This document shows, piece by piece, positions 36,078-40,390 of a stretch of DNA of 40,390 nt. The stretch's first letter is position 1. Each line of letters opens with the position of its first letter. The translations under genes and the position numbers were made by a program. Source of the DNA: a virus (Duplodnaviria > Caudoviricetes); IMG/VR virus record IMGVR_UViG_3300017540_000008, positions 1 to 40,390 of that record; one strand, 5' to 3'. The notes beneath the pieces were generated by a model, which saw only the letters and a program-made list of their open reading frames with translations, made no database searches and had not been told where the DNA came from.

Positions 36078-36108
36078 AATCTAGGGGTGGAAAGCACTCA
36101 CTGGTCAA
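36078..36108 (-). promoter_or_regulatory. Putative late promoter
   Basis: TTGACC (36108-36103), 19 bp, TAGATT (36083-36078); same -10 as the early promoter. Confidence 0.5.
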
Positions 36109-36554
36109 GCACCATCTTTCGGCGTGTCGATGATCTCCCCTCGATCGCGCAGTCGGTCCACCCATCGGTGAGCCGTCGCACGAGATACGCCGAATGTCTC
36201 CATCACAGCCTTGATCGGGTGAAGCCGGAGCGCGCGTGCCAAGTTGTAGGTCTGCGCGACATCGTCGATCGCCGCGGTCGACTCGACGTTCTGAGGAAGA
36301 TGTTCTCGGATCGTCTCCACGACGCGGACGCTCCGGAGGTCGTTCGTGCTCACCTCTCTTCCTGCGCGCGCCTGGACCACGACGGATCCGACTGTGAGCG
36401 CCGAAGCATCCCATCGCAGTGCGATTTCGACGGTGAGCCCTTCACGGGGATGGTCGTTCACGATCAGCGACCCTGGCAGTCGCAACGACGTGTTCGGCCC
36501 ACCAACCGGGATCGGCTCAGCGTCGGGACGTGGCACGTATCTCGTCTCGGTCAT
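36105..36554 (-). CDS. Protein with C-terminal HTH
   Basis: PIKAVMETFGVSRATAHRWVDRLRDRGEI. Confidence 0.78.
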   Translation of the reverse strand: MTETRYVPRPDAEPIPVGGPNTSLRLPGSLIVNDHPREGLTVEIALRWDASALTVGSVVVQARAGREVSTNDLRSVRVVETIREHLPQNVESTAAIDDVAQTYNLARALRLHPIKAVMETFGVSRATAHRWVDRLRDRGEIIDTPKDGA

Positions 36555-36557
36555 TGC

Positions 36558-36671
36558 TCAGCGTCGCCCTGTCGGTGATTGCAGCCCCGCCCAGCGTCGG
36601 AACGCTCGGGCGAGCCGGTTGTCGGCCCAGACGAGACGGCGAATCCAGTCCACGGGGTTAGAGATGCTCAT
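36558..36671 (-). CDS. 37-aa basic peptide
   Basis: Below ORF-track cutoff; AGGAGG RBS; MSISNPVDWIRRLVWADNRLARAFRRWAGLQSPTGRR. Confidence 0.5.
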   Translation of the reverse strand: MSISNPVDWIRRLVWADNRLARAFRRWAGLQSPTGRR

Positions 36672-36674
36672 GGG

Positions 36675-36902
36675 TCAATCCTCCTGCTTGGTGCGGAGCT
36701 TCCGCATCCGGTACTGATGCGCGGGGTCGTTCGCGAGGGTCTTCCGCCACCACGCGAGGAGCACCTCCTCGTCGACGACCCGGCAGCGTTGCCCTTCCCG
36801 GATCTCCCACTCCATCGGCATGCCGCGCTGCCGCCAGTACCGGATCGCTCGGCGTGTGCGTCCGACGCGGCGTGCCGCCTCGCGATAGGTGAGCATGGGC
36901 AT
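36675..36902 (-). CDS. Small HTH (MerR/Xis-like) DNA-binding protein
   Basis: LTYREAARRVGRTRRAIRYWRQRGM. Confidence 0.8.
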   Translation of the reverse strand: MPMLTYREAARRVGRTRRAIRYWRQRGMPMEWEIREGQRCRVVDEEVLLAWWRKTLANDPAHQYRMRKLRTKQED

Positions 36903-36904
36903 GA

Positions 36905-37093
36905 TCAGCCGCGGGTTCCTTCCTCCTCGGCGATGTCGTAGTCGGTGGTCGGACGGCGGAACGAGCTCAGCATCCCGAGCGTGCGCTCGATGGTCGCGAC
37001 CAGCTCCTTTGGGGTCGGGCGAACTGCTCCCGGAGCCGGGACGTGAGGCATGACCCTGATCGGTGCGAGGAAGACCGAGGTGCTGTCACACAT
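36905..37093 (-). CDS. Hypothetical protein
   Basis: ATG 37093 after GAAGGA; fills the gap. Confidence 0.5.
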   Translation of the reverse strand: MCDSTSVFLAPIRVMPHVPAPGAVRPTPKELVATIERTLGMLSSFRRPTTDYDIAEEEGTRG

Positions 37094-37358
37094 CGGACCG
37101 TTCCTTCCTTGCGAGCTGCACGTCGATCCGGCCATGCGCCCGCTCCGCGAGCCGCTTCCGCCACTTCGGGAGCGGGCGCAGCGGCCCCGTCACCTTGTAG
37201 ACCTTGAGCTGCATCACGTCGATGGTGTCCGTGCTGTAGAACTCCGGGGCTGACTGCCAGATCCGCAGTTGCCGCTCCGCCCACACGCGCCACCGGAACG
37301 AGAACGCGAACTCGCCGTGGTCGCCCAGCAGGGCATAGACCTTGACCTTCTTCTTCAT
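37086..37358 (-). CDS. Hypothetical protein
   Basis: ATG 37358 (MKKKVKVYAL) with GGAGG. Confidence 0.65.
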   Translation of the reverse strand: MKKKVKVYALLGDHGEFAFSFRWRVWAERQLRIWQSAPEFYSTDTIDVMQLKVYKVTGPLRPLPKWRKRLAERAHGRIDVQLARKERSDV

Positions 37359-38092
37359 GCTGTCCTCCGGTTTCCTTCGTGGTGCTCGCATTCGCAGTGC
37401 AGCGACGTGCACTCGTCGTGCCGGCCCTGCTCGCACGCCTCCGTCTGCACCCGCGGTGCCGGCGGCGTGTCACCCCCGATCTGCACGTCGTGGCAGGCCG
37501 AGCAGCGGGACGCGCGCACCGACCGGCCCGTGAGCGTGCTATCGACCCACACGTCGACGACCTGCCGTGCCCCGCACACGTCGCACAGACGCTTCGGGCG
37601 GCGCCCGTTCGTGAACACCCCGTACCGTGCCCGCAGCTGCCGGATACGGGCGAACATGGCCTCCCGGAACTCGTCGAGCTGATGGATCGGGCGCGTGTCG
37701 TCGGCGTGCTCGACCAGCCACTCGACGACCGTTCCCATCTGCGTGTGCGCGAGCAGCGGGTCCGGGTTCGGCTTCACCGACAGGCGCGGGTGCTCGAGGC
37801 CGAGCCATTCGGCGACCGCGTCGACGTACTCGACGATCAGGCCCCACAGTTCGCGCGCGTCGGTCGCGGCGTGCGTGTCGAGGCTGAGCGTCGGGACGGA
37901 GTCGACGTACCCGCCGCCGGTCACCTTCTCCTGATCGACGCGGGACGCGCGGATCGACGGGAGCGTCTCGACGACGATCGCCTCGATCAGCGGCGGCACG
38001 TGGTCGAGGTGGTACTCGTACGCGCGGATCCACTCCCGGCGCACCGCCTCCGGGTCGAGCGCGTCGACGGGGATCAGGTCACGCGTCGTCAT
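37355..38092 (-). CDS. Hypothetical protein with C-terminal Zn-ribbon motifs
   Basis: CDVCG...CSACH...CEQGRHDECTSLHCEC. Confidence 0.78.
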   Translation of the reverse strand: MTTRDLIPVDALDPEAVRREWIRAYEYHLDHVPPLIEAIVVETLPSIRASRVDQEKVTGGGYVDSVPTLSLDTHAATDARELWGLIVEYVDAVAEWLGLEHPRLSVKPNPDPLLAHTQMGTVVEWLVEHADDTRPIHQLDEFREAMFARIRQLRARYGVFTNGRRPKRLCDVCGARQVVDVWVDSTLTGRSVRASRCSACHDVQIGGDTPPAPRVQTEACEQGRHDECTSLHCECEHHEGNRRTA

Positions 38093-38234
38093 CGTCGGGT
38101 CCGATCATCAGGAACGTGTCGACGCCCTCGAGTGCGAGGCCGGCGGCGGTGCGCGCGAAGTGGTCAGCGGTGCGGGCGATGATCTCCGGGTCCGTGGTCG
38201 TCACGGACAGGGACAGGCGGACCGGCTCAGACAT
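38079..38234 (-). CDS. 51-aa hypothetical protein
   Basis: Below cutoff; GGAGG RBS; MSEPVRLSLSVTTTDPEIIARTADHFARTAAGLALEGVDTFLMIGPDDDDA. Confidence 0.65.
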   Translation of the reverse strand: MSEPVRLSLSVTTTDPEIIARTADHFARTAAGLALEGVDTFLMIGPDDDDA

Positions 38235-38649
38235 CGTCGCCACCTCCGCGGATGAGCTGCTCCTCGGCGGGGGTGAGTTTCCGCATACCCTGCGCGCCCT
38301 TGAACGGCACCGGGACCTTCAGCGGCCGCGCGTCCTCGAACACGAGGTGCCACGACTCCGGGTCAGACCAGTCCGTGCACCACCCGCCGGGACGTTCACA
38401 GTCGTCCGCGTGATGCGCGTCGACGAGATCCGCGACCGCGAGGATGACCCCATGACTGATCGGCACCGACCGCAGCGGGGTCAGGTCGAACAAGGCACGC
38501 ACCCCCACCGGGTCGACGCCGGCCGTTGATGCTTGGATCGCGACCGGTCCCCGGTAGTCGCCGCAGATCCGGCGGGTGCGGTTCTCGACCGGCTTCAGCC
38601 CGTGCGCCAACGCGAACGCCCACGGCTGCCGGACAGACAGCAGTCTCAT
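38227..38649 (-). CDS. ASCH-domain protein
   Basis: LLSVRQPWA...GLKPVENRTR...YRGPVAIQAS...GVILAVADL...VPFKGAQG. Confidence 0.9.
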   Translation of the reverse strand: MRLLSVRQPWAFALAHGLKPVENRTRRICGDYRGPVAIQASTAGVDPVGVRALFDLTPLRSVPISHGVILAVADLVDAHHADDCERPGGWCTDWSDPESWHLVFEDARPLKVPVPFKGAQGMRKLTPAEEQLIRGGGDDV

Positions 38650-39344
38650 CGGAGTCCCCTCTCGTACGGTCCCCGCTTCGGGAACAGTTGCCGCAGCATC
38701 GGCCGCATGTAGCGGAACGTCCCGTCGTGCGTCGACAGGAACGGGCCGTCAGGCACCGGGTCGGTGGCCCGGTAGATCTTCACGTCGGTGATCGTGCGCC
38801 CCCGCAGTCCGGCGACGGCGCCGTACGCGGTGCGCCGGTTGAAGCCGGGCACGTCCGCGCCGAGGTCGAGCGCGCGGAGCATCGTGCGGCCGCGGATCAT
38901 CATCGGCACGTGCAGCTCGAACGACCACGGGGACTCGTACCCGAGCTCCTCGAGCCGGTCGGCGGTCGCGGTCATCGCCCGGGTCGCCCGGTTCCGGATG
39001 CCCTTCCCGTTGAGCCGGGTCACGACGTCGCGGACACGCCCCCAGTTCAGGACCGGCACACGCGGGATCGGTCGGGTGATGTAGAAGTCGTCGTTGAACA
39101 GCAGGAACCGTGCCGGCACTTCCGGGTCCTCGCACGCGGCCCGGATGTTCCGGCCGACGGTGAGGCCCTTCGTCGCGAGCTTCGGGAGTCGCACGACCCG
39201 CACCCTCGTGTCGTCAACCCACGGAGGCGCGTACCCGTAGATATGCACCTGCCCGTGCGGGACGTTCACGAGGGACCGCAACGTGAACCGCAGCTCCTCG
39301 TTCAGTCCCGGACGGACGGGGATCACGACGTCGGGGAGCGTCAT
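38646..39344 (-). CDS. Stealth-like sugar-phosphate transferase
   Basis: ATG 39344; DVVIP, EELRFTLRS, FLLFNDDFYI, ELHVP, LFPKRGPYE. Confidence 0.72.
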   Translation of the reverse strand: MTLPDVVIPVRPGLNEELRFTLRSLVNVPHGQVHIYGYAPPWVDDTRVRVVRLPKLATKGLTVGRNIRAACEDPEVPARFLLFNDDFYITRPIPRVPVLNWGRVRDVVTRLNGKGIRNRATRAMTATADRLEELGYESPWSFELHVPMMIRGRTMLRALDLGADVPGFNRRTAYGAVAGLRGRTITDVKIYRATDPVPDGPFLSTHDGTFRYMRPMLRQLFPKRGPYERGLR

Positions 39345-39715
39345 GCCGACCCCTCCTTCTCGATGTTCGCGATCGTGCTGCGGGACACCTCGAATAGCTC
39401 GGCGAGCGCCGCCGGCGCCGCACCCTCGGCGAGCAGGCGCCGCACCTCCGCGCGTTGCGCGGTCCCGAGACGCACGTGCTTCTTGTGCCGCTTCTTGCCC
39501 TTCTCGGTGAACACCTGCATCCCTGACGGAGTGGCGACTCGAGGCTTCGGGAACTCGACCGGCTTCAGCGACGCGTCCGCGAGCTTCGACACGATCTCCG
39601 CGACAGTCATGCCCCTCAGCGCGGCGTGACCGGCCAACTGCCGGAACGTCGACGGGCGGAGCATCGTCCGCACGGGCACGCACGGGTCATCCGGGAGCGG
39701 GGTCTTCGCGGTCAT
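39341..39715 (-). CDS. DNA-binding protein (RHH-like N-terminus + C-terminal HTH)
   Basis: VPVRTMLRPSTFRQL...GMTVAEIV; AALAELFEVSRSTIANIE. Confidence 0.72.
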   Translation of the reverse strand: MTAKTPLPDDPCVPVRTMLRPSTFRQLAGHAALRGMTVAEIVSKLADASLKPVEFPKPRVATPSGMQVFTEKGKKRHKKHVRLGTAQRAEVRRLLAEGAAPAALAELFEVSRSTIANIEKEGSA

Positions 39716-40390
39716 GCGGCTGCCTTCCTCTGCGCGAGCGCGCCGAACACGTTCGAGATCTCGGTGCGGCCGTGGCGCTCAGCGAGCTTCGCCAGCGTCG
39801 CCGGCTTCCGGCCGACGATCGCCGCGACCTGCAGCGGCGACTCGCCCCCGTCGAGGAGGAACTCCACGTCGTCGAGGACCTCATCGGCGGTCGCGCGGCC
39901 CTGCTTCACCACCTCGACCTCGGGATGCTCAGCGGGGTCGTCGATGTCGTCCCATGCCAGCGGAGGCAGCCACTGGCGTTTGCGTGCGTAGTTCAGGGCG
40001 CGCGTGTACGCGGCCTTCGAGTGCCACTCGTCGTGCGGCGGGTCCTGGTCCCAGAGATCCTCGTAGATCTCGACCATGCGGCGGTGTGTGGCGGCGAGAA
40101 CCTGGTCGCGCTGGAGCAGGGTCCAGAAGTTCCCGATCTCCATGTCGAGGCGGCGGGCGAGTTTCGACAGTGACCACCCGCGGGCGACGAGCGCCTTGAT
40201 GCGCCGGTGGGTGCCGAGCGCGGGCACCTTCGCGCCGTCGCCCATGTTCTCGATCGTGGGCTGGATTGCGAGGATCTTCTCCGCGGTCTCCCGCTTCACC
40301 CGCTTCTGCATCTCGCCGTACCGTGGGCCGGGGTCCTGCCGGCCCCAGATGATCGTTCGCACAGGGGTCGAGGACTTGAATCCGGCGAGC
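39712..40390 (-). CDS. HTH-containing protein, 5' end beyond window
   Basis: Frame open to the edge (LAGFKSSTPVRTIIWG...); GTHRRIKALVARGWSLSKLARRL; WLPPLAWDDIDDP. Confidence 0.8.
   Translation of the reverse strand, partial: LAGFKSSTPVRTIIWGRQDPGPRYGEMQKRVKRETAEKILAIQPTIENMGDGAKVPALGTHRRIKALVARGWSLSKLARRLDMEIGNFWTLLQRDQVLAATHRRMVEIYEDLWDQDPPHDEWHSKAAYTRALNYARKRQWLPPLAWDDIDDPAEHPEVEVVKQGRATADEVLDDVEFLLDGGESPLQVAAIVGRKPATLAKLAERHGRTEISNVFGALAQRKAAA

Larger units (their letters stand above)
1..40390. mobile_element. Temperate siphovirus genome (actinobacteriophage), circularly permuted, incomplete at both edges
   Basis: Full head/tail/lysis set, repressor-Cro switch, serine integrase and recombination/replication genes; no host housekeeping genes; many 1-4 bp stop/start overlaps. 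Confidence 0.96.

Overview
Nearly complete (~40 kb), high-GC temperate siphovirus of an actinobacterial host; Microbacteriaceae is a plausible but inferred host. The window is circularly permuted and truncated at both edges (a DnaB-like helicase at the left, an HTH gene at the right). Almost all genes are on the minus strand. Reading down from a probable cos site at ~34.65 kb: terminase, portal, Clp-type protease/scaffold, decoration protein, capsid, head-tail joining genes, major tail, frameshifted tail assembly chaperones, tape measure, baseplate, lysis genes, then a six-gene post-lysis fibre/adhesin module. A plus-strand island holds the repressor, a large serine integrase and a small membrane protein. 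An early operon follows (Cro-like, RuvC, exonuclease-RecT, HNH, Rep with iterons, DNA methyltransferase, helicase). Best leads: (i) a Pro/Thr stalk protein with a sortase LAxTG sorting signal and no signal peptide; (ii) two tandem short-motif arrays in the post-lysis module that could dock adhesins; (iii) an RNA element before the tail chaperone whose hairpin loop is complementary to four repeats around the RBS; (iv) a Stealth-like phosphotransferase; (v) a switchable structured RNA upstream of the late genes; (vi) apparent loss of catalytic residues in TerL and the M23 lysin. All assignments come from reading motifs by eye; no searches were run.
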